In this document: in pieces, positions 39,594 through 48,381 of the stretch
How positions within the stretch are numbered: the first letter of the stretch is position 1
How the letters are laid out: each line of letters begins with the position of its first letter
From: an uncultured Chloroflexia bacterium
GTDB taxonomy: Bacteria; Chloroflexota; Limnocylindria; Limnocylindrales; CSP1-4
NCBI GenBank assembly: GCA_963763775.1
Contig: CAVXPZ010000001.1
Location: 768,001-832,000, forward strand
Direction: 5' to 3'
Length of the DNA stretch: 64,000 bases
Translations under genes and position numbers: made by a program
The notes under the pieces: model-generated
Told to the model about the DNA's origin: nothing
Seen by the model: the letters and a program-made list of their open reading frames with translations, nothing else
The model's database searches: none

Positions 39594-41702
39594 CTACGCG
39601 GAGCGCTTCGTGCGGCGTCCGACGAAGTCGACGAGGACGTACTCGCCGAGATGCTCGGGTTCCGCGTAGAAGGCGCGCCCGCGGTTGAGCTTCGTCATGT
39701 GCGCCACGAACTCCGCGAGGGCGCGCGAGCGCTCGAGCATGAACGTGTTGATCGTGATCCCGGCCTTCGTACAGCGCTGGACCTCGAGGAGGGTCTCGGT
39801 GATCGTCCGGCGCGTCGGCGGATAGTTGAACTCGACCTGGCCGTCCTCGAAGTGGGCGGTCGGCTCGCCGTCGGTGATGACGACGATCTCGCGATTGGCC
39901 GCCGCCTGGCGCTCGAGGATCCGGCGGGCCAGGAGCAGCCCGTGCTGGAGGTTCGTCCCGTACTCGTACCCGTGCCAGCTGAGCTCGGCGAGTGATCCGG
40001 GACGGATCTCGCGGGCGTAGTACGCGAACCCGATCACCGACAGGTGGTCGTGCGGATACTGCGTGCGGATGAGCGTGTCGAGCGCCACCGCGACCTGCTT
40101 GGCCGCGAGGAAGCAGCCGCGGAGCAGCATCGAGCGGCTCATGTCCACGAGCAGGACCGTCGCGGTCCGGGTCAGCTGCTCGGTGCGGAACACCTCGAAG
40201 TCCGTCGGGGCGAGCCTCACCGCGCGCTCGCCGCGGGCCTGCCGGGCGAGCGGGGCGTTCTCCTCGCGCCCGAGCGCGTTGGTCAGCGTCGCCCGCAGGT
40301 CGAGGTGGAACGGGTCGCCGAACTCGTACGGCTTGCTCGTCTCCTCGCGCTCCCCTCCCCGGCCGGCCCGCTCGATCCGGTGCCCGCCGAACGCGTCCCG
40401 CTGGAGCCGTCCGAACAGGTCGTCGAGGACCTTCTGGCCGATCCGGCGGCTGCCTCGGGGTGTCAGTTCGAGGCGCTCGCCGTCGCGGGTCAGGTAGCCG
40501 GCCGCCTCCAGGCGTCTGGCGAGGTCGTCGAGGGCATCGAGGTCGCGCAGCCCGTCATCGCCGAGCAGGTCGTGGACCATGTCCCGGTCGAGCGATCCGA
40601 GGTCTCCCGGCCCTTCCACGTCCGAGAGCGCGTCCTCGAGCCGGTCCATCGCCGCGAGCCGCTCGATCTGGGCGAGCGCGCCTTCGAGGCCGAGCGGCTC
40701 GTCACCCCCGAACGGGACGCGGTCGCCGAGCCCGCCCGGCAGCAGGAGGTCGAGGTTGCTCGCGAGCTGGGCGAGGTCGACGCGCAGCCGGTCGTCCTGG
40801 AGGAGCGCGTCCATCATCGACTCGAGCTCGGCCCGCTGCTCCGGCGACATCGAGCGCAGGAGCGACTGCATCGCGGCCATCCGCGCGGCCAGCTGGTCGA
40901 TGACGTCGTCGAAGGTCTGCGCACCCGGGAAGAACCGGCCGTGCTTGGCGAGGAACTCGCTGGCGTCCGGGTCCCCGCCGCCGATCCGCTCGCGGATGAG
41001 CTCGTTGAGGTCACGGACCATCTCGCGGTTGGCCGCGAGGTCCTCGGGCCGCATCGAGCGGATCGCGTCCGACATCCCGGACACGTACTGGTCGAGCATC
41101 TGGCCGCGAAGCCGCGTCAGGAGCTCGTCGAAGCGGCCGCGGGCGTCCGGCTCCATGAAGTCGTAGTCCTGGAGGCCGCGCAGCCGCTCGCCGACATCGG
41201 CCGGCAGCCCGTCGAGCTGGTCGAGCCGGCGAGCCGCCACGTCCCGCAGCATCTCGCGGAGGGCGGGGTCGGCGGCCTCCGGATCGGCGCGGGACGCCTC
41301 GTCCAATCGGCGCTCCACGCCCACCCGCTCGTCGGCCACGATGTCATCGAGTTCCCGGCGGATGTCCCCGAGGACGTCGCCGAGCCCGTAGCGCTCGAGC
41401 GCCTCCTCGCGGCGCCGCTCAAGGCGGTCCATCAGGTCGCGGAGACCGGCCAGGTCCGTGCGGGTCGGATCGTCGGATCGCCAGCCACGTTCCATCAGCC
41501 GCCGGAGTGCCTCGGCCAGGTCGCCCTCGGCCATCACGTCGTCGGCGAGCGCGTCCATGATCTCGTCGGCGCCGAGGTCCGGGACCTCCTGCGTCCCGTC
41601 CCAGCGGGAGTAGCGCGCCCGGCCGGTCGGCCCGGATCCGCCTCCTCGGTCGTCGCGGATCCCGGCGGTCAGGTGACCCGGATCCGGCGAGTACGCGGTC
41701 AC
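39594..41702 (-). CDS. VWA-domain protein (Rv0959-like)
   Basis: RYSRWDGTQ, MIDAS DMSRSM, GTNLQHGL, VITDGEPTAH. Confidence 0.88.
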   Translation of the reverse strand: MTAYSPDPGHLTAGIRDDRGGGSGPTGRARYSRWDGTQEVPDLGADEIMDALADDVMAEGDLAEALRRLMERGWRSDDPTRTDLAGLRDLMDRLERRREEALERYGLGDVLGDIRRELDDIVADERVGVERRLDEASRADPEAADPALREMLRDVAARRLDQLDGLPADVGERLRGLQDYDFMEPDARGRFDELLTRLRGQMLDQYVSGMSDAIRSMRPEDLAANREMVRDLNELIRERIGGGDPDASEFLAKHGRFFPGAQTFDDVIDQLAARMAAMQSLLRSMSPEQRAELESMMDALLQDDRLRVDLAQLASNLDLLLPGGLGDRVPFGGDEPLGLEGALAQIERLAAMDRLEDALSDVEGPGDLGSLDRDMVHDLLGDDGLRDLDALDDLARRLEAAGYLTRDGERLELTPRGSRRIGQKVLDDLFGRLQRDAFGGHRIERAGRGGEREETSKPYEFGDPFHLDLRATLTNALGREENAPLARQARGERAVRLAPTDFEVFRTEQLTRTATVLLVDMSRSMLLRGCFLAAKQVAVALDTLIRTQYPHDHLSVIGFAYYAREIRPGSLAELSWHGYEYGTNLQHGLLLARRILERQAAANREIVVITDGEPTAHFEDGQVEFNYPPTRRTITETLLEVQRCTKAGITINTFMLERSRALAEFVAHMTKLNRGRAFYAEPEHLGEYVLVDFVGRRTKRSA

Positions 41703-41712
41703 CCGGGTCTCG

Positions 41713-43140
41713 TCATCGGTGGTACACCGTGCCGCCCGCCACGCGCTCCTTGTTGATCCGCCGGGCGAGGTGCAGGCCCTCCAGCAGGAACTCGACCGCC
41801 GAGGCGACGACGGCCGGCTCTTCCGCGCCGTCGGTCACGTCGTACGTCCCGAGTCGGTCCACGGCGACGGCCAGACCCGGGACCTCCCGCATCCACGCGA
41901 CGTAGTCTCGTGACGGCGTCCGGTCGCCGGTCTCGACGATGAACCCGTCGTCGAACGCCTCGACGACCGGCTCGAGCGCGTCGAGGTCCACGTGTCGCGT
42001 GAACGTGGCGTACAGGGCCTTGGTGATGAGCCGCTCGACGATCCGCTCCTCGGGCGCCTCGTCACCGACCGACTCGAGCTCGACCTTGCCGACGGTCGAC
42101 GCCACGACCGCGCCGAGGTCGGAGACCCGCGGCGACCCGAGGGGCTCGCCGAGCCGGACGGCCCGCTTGAGCGCGGCCGCCTCGAGCACTTCGGTGTTCG
42201 CCACGGACACGCGCACGCTGACGCCCGACCGTTGGCTGATCTCCGGGGAGCGCCGGGCGAGGTGCGTGAGCTCCGCCACCAGCTCCTCCATGAACGGCGG
42301 CACGACGACCGCGGGCACGCCGTCGACGGGGTCGAAGCGTCGCTTCTCCTGGCGGACGATGGCCATCTCGCCCTCCAGCGTCCGCGGGTAGTGGGTCCGG
42401 ATCTGCGACCCGAGCCGGTCCTTGAGCGGCGTGATGATGCGACCTCGGGAGGTGTAGTCCTCCGGGTTGGCCGAGGCGACGACGAACAGGTCGAGCGGCA
42501 GCCGCACGATGAACCCGCGGATCTGGACGTCGCGTTCCTCGAGGATGTTGAGCAGGCCGACCTGGATCCGCTCGGCGAGGTCGGGGAGCTCGTTGATGGC
42601 GACGATGCCGCGGTTCGCGCGCGGGATCAGCCCGTAATGAAGCGTGAGCTCGTCCGACAGATAGCGGCCCTCGGCCACCTTGATCGGGTCCACTTCGCCG
42701 ATGAGGTCGGCGATCGTGATGTCGGGCGTCGCGAGCTTCTCGGCGTATCGCCGGTCGCGCGCCAGCCAGTCGATCGGGGCTTCGTCGCCTTCGAGCGCCA
42801 CGATGGCCTTCGCCGCGGGGCTGATCGGGGCGTACGGGTCGTCGTTGAGCTCGCCGCCGCGCACCACGGGCGTCCACTCGTCCAACAGGCCCACGAGGGC
42901 TCGCGCCATCCGGGTCTTGGCCTGACCGCGCTCGCCGAGGAACACGAGGTCCTGGCCCGCGAGGATGGCGTTCTCGATCGCCGGGACGACCGAGTCCGCG
43001 TAGCCGACGATCCCGGGCAGGACCTCGGCGCCGGACGCCAGCCGGGCCAGCAGGTTCTCGCGGAGTTCGTCCTTGACCGACCGCGACCGCCACCCGGAGG
43101 CGCGGAGTTCGCCGATCGTGGCGGGGCGGGTGTCGCTCAT
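41713..43140 (-). CDS. AAA+ ATPase, Mg-chelatase/MoxR-related (Rv0958-like)
   Basis: GERGQAKT, EKLATPD, INELPDL, ASANPEDYTSRGRIITPLKDR. Confidence 0.9.
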   Translation of the reverse strand: MSDTRPATIGELRASGWRSRSVKDELRENLLARLASGAEVLPGIVGYADSVVPAIENAILAGQDLVFLGERGQAKTRMARALVGLLDEWTPVVRGGELNDDPYAPISPAAKAIVALEGDEAPIDWLARDRRYAEKLATPDITIADLIGEVDPIKVAEGRYLSDELTLHYGLIPRANRGIVAINELPDLAERIQVGLLNILEERDVQIRGFIVRLPLDLFVVASANPEDYTSRGRIITPLKDRLGSQIRTHYPRTLEGEMAIVRQEKRRFDPVDGVPAVVVPPFMEELVAELTHLARRSPEISQRSGVSVRVSVANTEVLEAAALKRAVRLGEPLGSPRVSDLGAVVASTVGKVELESVGDEAPEERIVERLITKALYATFTRHVDLDALEPVVEAFDDGFIVETGDRTPSRDYVAWMREVPGLAVAVDRLGTYDVTDGAEEPAVVASAVEFLLEGLHLARRINKERVAGGTVYHR

Positions 43141-44066
43141 GTCGATCCTCGGTTCGTCGCGGGGGTCACGGTGGATGCGGGGGCGGGCTCCTCGACGGGA
43201 TGTCGGAAGCCGTGGATCGCTCGTCGGACGTCGTCGGGTTCGACGATGCCTGCAGCGGCGAGACCGGCCAGGTAGGCCCTGCGGCGCTCGATGTCGAGCT
43301 CGAGGTCGCCGGCGCGGACGCCGATCCGGACCGCGAGCTCGGGGGCGATCGCCCAGCCGAACTGTTCGAAGGCGTCGGTGCCCGGGTCCCAGGTCGCGAG
43401 GACCGCCGGCCCGAGCCGTTGGAGATGCCCGTGGACGTCGCGGGCCATCGGCCGGACGTAGTGGGCCGCGACGACGCGTCGACGCCCATCGCCGACCTGC
43501 CGCAGCACGAGCACCACCCCGAGCCACGACAGCTCGTCGTCCGCGAGACCGACCGGAGCCCGGCGGAGCGCGGCGAACACGTCGTCGAGCGAGTCGCCCT
43601 CCGTCGTGGCCGCAAGCCCATACCCCACCGATGCCGCCCGGACGGCGAGCCGGGCCGAATCGCCCCACGTGGACGAGGGCAGGCCCTCCGCGAGGTCGGC
43701 GGCAAGGAGCACGGTCGAGTCCGGGCGGACCGGTGGCGTATCCGATCGCGCCAGGCGACGGCCTGTCGACCATCCCAGCTCCGACGCCTGGGGCAGCCAG
43801 TCGAAGGTCTCGCCCGAACCGGCCAGTTCGACGACCCGGAGCCCGGGAGGGACGAAGTCCAGCAGGCCGGTCAGCAACGTCGTGCGACCGACGCCCGGTC
43901 CCGCCCCGGTGACGATGATGGGGACGCGGCCTTCGAGCAGGACCCAGACCGTGGCCGCCAGCTCGGCGTCGATCGTCCCATCGCGGATCGACGCGACGAT
44001 GGATCGCGGCTCGGGCGGGATCGGGCGGAAGGCCCACCCGCCCCCAGGCGGGGACGCTTCGGCCAC
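43137..44066 (-). CDS. Degenerate VirB11/CpaF-like P-loop protein
   Basis: GTIDAELAATVWVLLE...IIVTGAGPGVGRTTLLTGLLDFVP; GTG start after GGAG. Confidence 0.6.
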   Translation of the reverse strand: MAEASPPGGGWAFRPIPPEPRSIVASIRDGTIDAELAATVWVLLEGRVPIIVTGAGPGVGRTTLLTGLLDFVPPGLRVVELAGSGETFDWLPQASELGWSTGRRLARSDTPPVRPDSTVLLAADLAEGLPSSTWGDSARLAVRAASVGYGLAATTEGDSLDDVFAALRRAPVGLADDELSWLGVVLVLRQVGDGRRRVVAAHYVRPMARDVHGHLQRLGPAVLATWDPGTDAFEQFGWAIAPELAVRIGVRAGDLELDIERRRAYLAGLAAAGIVEPDDVRRAIHGFRHPVEEPAPASTVTPATNRGST

Positions 44067-44266
44067 AGGAGGCTCCGAAAAGAGGGTTTCGCGGTTCGGG
44101 GCGGCCAGCGTACGGCGGGGCCTGAGGACCGTCAAACAGCCATCTGCGCCGGCCGACCCCGGACCTCCGGACGGCGGGGAACCGTACGAGTTTCCCGGTC
44201 CGCCCCGGACCAGCCGCCCCTACCGTGAGGTGGTCGGGTGCCCATGTCTTGGAGGTCGAGGTTTTC

Positions 44267-45352
44267 GTGGACCCATACGGCACCCTTGGCGCCCAGTTCT
44301 GCGAGCAGTGCGGCCTGCACCGCGACCAGCTCGGCGACGAGAGCGTGGCCCCCTTGCGCGAATGCGGGTCGTGCGGACGCGTCGTCTGCCCGAACTGCTG
44401 GAACCTCGTCGGCAAGACATGCCTGCGCTGCACGCCCTTCGTGCTGCCGATCAGCGAGCCCGTCGCCGCGATCGCACCGGTCGTCGCGGCCGAGGCGGCC
44501 GCGACCGAGCCGCCGGCCAAGGAGAAGCGGGTCCGCCGCGGCAAGGCCAAGGCTCCGGCGGTGGAAACCGTCGTGACGGCAAGTGCCGTGGCCGCGTCCG
44601 CGGGACCGCCCGACCCAGGACCGGTCGTCGGCACCGGTGCCGACACGCCGCCGGCGGTCGTTGTCGCGGCCGTCGCCAAACCCCGGCCGGCCAAGGCGCC
44701 GACGGTCAAGACACCGTCCCTCCCGGGCCGGCGCAAGGCCGCCGCGGCCGTCGCCCCGGTCGCCGCGGTCGAGTGGCCCGATCGATCCGTCGAGTGGCAG
44801 ACCCGACCGGGGATGCCCGAGGTCGCCCCCCGGCCGCTCCCGGCGACGCCGGCGCCCGCGCCCGCGCCCGTCGCTCCCGCCGCCGCCACGGCCGCCATCA
44901 AGCCTGCTGGGACGGGCCGGTCGACACGGCCCGGTCGGTTCGCGAGCCTCCTCGGGTTTCTCGTGGTCGTCGTGGCGCTCTTCGGGGTCGCCGGCATCTC
45001 CCTGGCCGCGCTCGGCCGGTTGCCGGTCGGACGTGTCGAGGTCCAGCCCGCGATCGAGGAGCCGACGCCGATGATCACGGCCGCACCGACGGCCCCGGTC
45101 GTGACCCCTGTCCCGGCCACCGCGAAGCCGCGGAACACGACGAAGGCCGACTCGAAGCCCTCGACGAAGGGCTCTTCGGGCGGCGGCTCGAGCCAGGGTG
45201 GCGCGAAGGCGACGCCGAAACCGCGCGAGACCACCGCGACCGGCGGCACAGGCTTCGCGACGCCCAAGCCCACGCCGAAGCCGACGCCAGTGCCGACGCC
45301 GGATCCGACCCCGGAGCCCACGCCCGAGCCGACGCCCGAGCCGACGCCCTGA
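44267..45352 (+). CDS. Hypothetical membrane protein with N-terminal Cys-rich zinc-binding domain and C-terminal Pro-Thr repeats
   Basis: CEQC, CGSC, CPNC, CLRC; Ala/Pro linker; single TM (LLGFLVVVVALFGVAGISLAAL); start uncertain. Confidence 0.65.
   Translation: MDPYGTLGAQFCEQCGLHRDQLGDESVAPLRECGSCGRVVCPNCWNLVGKTCLRCTPFVLPISEPVAAIAPVVAAEAAATEPPAKEKRVRRGKAKAPAVETVVTASAVAASAGPPDPGPVVGTGADTPPAVVVAAVAKPRPAKAPTVKTPSLPGRRKAAAAVAPVAAVEWPDRSVEWQTRPGMPEVAPRPLPATPAPAPAPVAPAAATAAIKPAGTGRSTRPGRFASLLGFLVVVVALFGVAGISLAALGRLPVGRVEVQPAIEEPTPMITAAPTAPVVTPVPATAKPRNTTKADSKPSTKGSSGGGSSQGGAKATPKPRETTATGGTGFATPKPTPKPTPVPTPDPTPEPTPEPTPEPTP
45257..45349 (+). repeat. Coding 12-bp tandem repeat (x-Thr-Pro-x)
   Basis: Repeated CCGACGCCCGAG-like units encoding ATPK-PTPK-PTPV-PTPD-PTPE-PTPE-PTPE-PTP. 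Confidence 0.75.
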
Positions 45353-45420
45353 CGACGGAGCGGCGCGCCGCCGCCCGATCCATGTCGCGACCCGGCAAGT
45401 CCGAGGGGTAGCATCCCGGC

Positions 45421-46027
45421 GTGGCCGCCACCCGTCCGACCCTGGAGAATCCTGCCCCTGACGCCCGACCGCGTCGCCGACCTTGCCGACCTGTTCGGCC
45501 AGGGCGGCGACCCCAAGTGGTGCTGGTGCGCGTACTTCCGGGTGCGCGGCCGGGACTGGACGAACTCGACGGCGGCGGACAACCGCGAGGTCCTCGAAGG
45601 CGCGGTCAGCACGGACGCGACGGCGGGCCGCGCACCCGGCCTCGTCGCCTATGTCGGGACCGAGGCCGTCGGCTGGACGAGCGTGGGGCCGCGCGAGGAC
45701 TACGAGCGGCTCGCCTTCTCCAAGGTCCTGGCACCCGTCGATGCCACGCCCGTCTGGTCGATCGTGTGCTTCGTGGTCGGCCGGCGCTCCCGCGGCCAGG
45801 GCGTCGCCGCGGCGCTCCTCGACGCAGCCGTCGACTATGCCCGGGACCAGGGCGCCACGACGCTGGAGGCCTACCCCGTGGACGTCGCCGAGGGCGCCCG
45901 GATCCCGTCCGCGAACGTCTACCACGGCACGCTGTCGATGTTCGAACGAGCCGGCTTCGAGGTCGTCGAGCGCCGGCAGGCCAACGCCGCCAGCCCGGTG
46001 CGACCGATCGTCCGCCTGGCGCTGTAG
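45421..46027 (+). CDS. GNAT-family N-acetyltransferase (CWC type), frameshift near 45448
   Basis: KWCWCAYFR, VWSIVCFVV..RGQGVAAALL, LEAYP, SMFERAGF; paralog of 23668..24267. Confidence 0.83.
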
Positions 46028-46077
46028 GGCGACGTCTACGTCATCCGACGCAGCCTGGTCCGAGTCGTCCGTCGGGG

Positions 46078-46107
46078 TTGACACCGGTCCCGCGACCGGC
46101 ATAGACT
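46078..46107 (+). promoter_or_regulatory. Sigma70 promoter of the ABC-rsgA-GNAT operon
   Basis: TTGACA-N18-TAGACT. Confidence 0.65.
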
Positions 46108-46164
46108 CCCGGCCGGCGTGCATGTCGCCCGCTCTCGTCTAGCTCATCAGGAGGCGGCTCCAGG

Positions 46165-46248
46165 ATGAAGATGAACCACCTTCTCCGACGCACGACCGCG
46201 CCGATCGGCGCCGTCGTTGACGGGAGATCTGCGCCCATCTCGAGCTAG
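46165..46248 (+). CDS. Putative 27-aa leader peptide MKMNHLLRRTTAPIGAVVDGRSAPISS
   Basis: AGGAGG at 46149-46154, ATG 46165, TAG 46246-46248; lies between the promoter and an intrinsic terminator. Confidence 0.5.
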   Translation: MKMNHLLRRTTAPIGAVVDGRSAPISS

Positions 46249-46283
46249 CCGCCGGCGGTACCACCGCCTTCCGGACAGACCAC

Positions 46284-46317
46284 GAGCCGTGGGCCAGATC
46301 GGGCCCCCGGCTTTTTT
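46284..46317 (+). terminator. Intrinsic terminator (attenuator) in the operon leader
   Basis: GAGCCG-T-GGGCC / GGCCC-C-CGGCTT stem followed by a run of six T. Confidence 0.75.
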
Positions 46318-46449
46318 GATGCCCTTCCCTGTCCGTCCGGACATGGACTCCAAGGACACCACGAGCCGCGAGGCCCACCCGACGAACCGTCGGATCGAGG
46401 CCCGCGGCTCGTCCCATGTCCAGCCCTCTCCACCCACTTGGAGTCCACC

Positions 46450-47334
46450 GTGACCACGCTCATCGATCAACTGCAGAACGAGGCACCGGCGGTGCAGCCG
46501 GCCGCGTGGCCGGTGGTCGCGGGCGTCCCGGCGCTCCTCATCGAGGGCGTCAGCAAGCGCTTCGTGGTCGGCCGGGCGAAGAAGCCCGTCGCCGCCATCA
46601 CGAACGTCTCGCTGCGCCTGGAGCGCGGGGACATCCACGGCATCCTCGGGGCCAACGGGTCGGGGAAGTCGACCCTCATCCGCCTCATCTCGGGTCTGCT
46701 GACCCTCGACGAGGGCCGGGTGGAGGTCTTCGGCCACGACATCGAGCGCGAGGAGATGGCGGTCAAGCGCCTGATCAACCGGGTCAGCGTCGACGCCGCC
46801 TTCTTCAAGAAGCTCAGCCCGATGGAGAACCTGATGTTCGCGGCCCGGATCTACGGGCTCGACGGTCATGCCGCCAAGCGCGACGCCCTGGCCATCCTCG
46901 AACGGCTGGGTATCGGGGCGAAGCGCGTCGACCGGCCGATCGAGCAGATGAGCCGGGGGATGCAGCAGAAGGTCGCCATCGCGCGAGCCCTGCTGACGAG
47001 CCCGACGCTGCTGCTCCTCGACGAGCCCACGACCGGCCTCGACCCGCGCTCGAAGTTGGACGTCCAGAGCTTCATCGAGGAGCTCCGGGTCACCCACGAC
47101 ACCACGATCGTCCTGACCACGCATGACCTCGCGGAGGCGGAGCGCCTCTGCCGCCACATCACCGTCCTCGACGGCGGCCGCGTCGTCGCCGAGGACACAC
47201 CGGATGGCCTCAAGGCCCTGGTCGCCCAGCGACTCGGCCGGCCGGCCACCCTCGAAGACGTGTTCATGACCTACACGGGCCGCTCCCTCGACGAGGACCT
47301 CGACGAGGACGAGTCGGATCCCGATGACGACTGA
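46450..47334 (+). CDS. ABC-2 (DrrA-like) exporter ATP-binding protein
   Basis: GANGSGKST, MSRGMQQKVAIARAL, LLLDEPTTGLDP, TTHDL, TLEDVF. Confidence 0.92.
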   Translation: MTTLIDQLQNEAPAVQPAAWPVVAGVPALLIEGVSKRFVVGRAKKPVAAITNVSLRLERGDIHGILGANGSGKSTLIRLISGLLTLDEGRVEVFGHDIEREEMAVKRLINRVSVDAAFFKKLSPMENLMFAARIYGLDGHAAKRDALAILERLGIGAKRVDRPIEQMSRGMQQKVAIARALLTSPTLLLLDEPTTGLDPRSKLDVQSFIEELRVTHDTTIVLTTHDLAEAERLCRHITVLDGGRVVAEDTPDGLKALVAQRLGRPATLEDVFMTYTGRSLDEDLDEDESDPDDD

Positions 47335-47350
47335 AAGGAGGTGAGAACAG

Positions 47351-47545
47351 ATGCAATCACAGCAGCCATGGCTGGCCCTCTTGCTCGTGCATGAGCGCCA
47401 CCAGCGGGAAGTCGATCACGTCGCCCGACAGCGACGGCACGGCCTCCCCGCCACGTCCCTTCGCCGGGCCGTGGGTCACCGGATCATCGCGATCGGTGCC
47501 CGCGTCGCGGCGGAGCCATCACTCGAGCTGGCTCGGTCCCGCTGA
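47351..47545 (+). CDS. Small hypothetical protein (64 aa)
   Basis: Very strong RBS AAAGGAGGTGA; fills the gap between ATPase and permease genes. Confidence 0.7.
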   Translation: MQSQQPWLALLLVHERHQREVDHVARQRRHGLPATSLRRAVGHRIIAIGARVAAEPSLELARSR

Positions 47546-47580
47546 GGGGCCGGGCCGGCTCTCCCGCCAGGAGACATCCG

Positions 47581-48378
47581 ATGATCGCCCATGAGCTGAA
47601 GGCCTCGTACGCCTTCATGGAGCGCAACTTCAATCTCACACGACGCTACTGGGGCTGGGAACTCGCGTTCCTGGTCTATTCGGTGGCGGGCGCGCTCTCG
47701 ATCTCGCTCATCGGCGTCCAGCAGGGCAGCACGGAGCTGCTGCTCTCGCTGATGATCGGGGCGATCTTCTGGAACTACCTCTCGGTGGTGTTCAGCTGGA
47801 TCGCCGAGACCGTGTCCGTCGAGCGCTGGGAAGGGACCCTCGAGTACACGTTCATGGCCCCCGTGCGCCGCTGGTCCCAGCTCTTCGGCCAGGTGTCCTA
47901 CGCGATGCTGTACGGCCTGGTCCACACGGCGGTGATCTTCGTCGTCCTGATGGTGTTCTTCCGCCAGCTGGACCTGTCGGGGGCGAACCCCGCCACGACG
48001 GTCACGTTCATGCTGCTCGGCTCGTTCAGCTTCGTCGGGATCGGGATGATCGCCGCCATCCTGCCGCTGCTCTACGTCGAGCGCGGCGCGCAGATGACGT
48101 TCGTCCTCCAGTCGTGCCTGCTGCTCGTCAGCGGCGTGTACTACTCGGTCGACATCCTGCCGCCGTGGATGCAGGTGCTGTCCCGCCTGTCGCCCGCGAC
48201 GTACGTGCTCGACGGGGTGCGGGCCGGCCTCATCGACGGCGTCCCCGTCAGCGACCTGATGCACGACGTCTGGCCGCTGATCGTGATGGGGATCGTGCTG
48301 ATCCCGTTCGGCCTGTGGGCCTTCGGGCGGGCCGAGCGCTATGCGAAGCGCACCGGCAAGCTCAAGCGAGTGGGCTGA
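47581..48378 (+). CDS. ABC-2 type transporter permease
   Basis: ERWEGTLEY, six TM segments, SGVYY...LPPWMQ..SRLSPATY. Confidence 0.9.
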   Translation: MIAHELKASYAFMERNFNLTRRYWGWELAFLVYSVAGALSISLIGVQQGSTELLLSLMIGAIFWNYLSVVFSWIAETVSVERWEGTLEYTFMAPVRRWSQLFGQVSYAMLYGLVHTAVIFVVLMVFFRQLDLSGANPATTVTFMLLGSFSFVGIGMIAAILPLLYVERGAQMTFVLQSCLLLVSGVYYSVDILPPWMQVLSRLSPATYVLDGVRAGLIDGVPVSDLMHDVWPLIVMGIVLIPFGLWAFGRAERYAKRTGKLKRVG

Positions 48379-48381
48379 GCG

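Noticed and set aside
45257-45349. Tandem repeats as possible CRISPR or VNTR element
   Set aside because: 12-bp coding Pro-Thr repeats without spacers or cas genes
41713-45612. 1299-aa ORF suggesting a giant AAA fusion
   Set aside because: The real ATPase starts at 43140; the upstream part is off-frame or antisense to other genes
46254-46268. GGCGGTACCACC resembling a T-box
   Set aside because: Lacks the TGGN bulge and any stem I or specifier; treated as part of the attenuator instead
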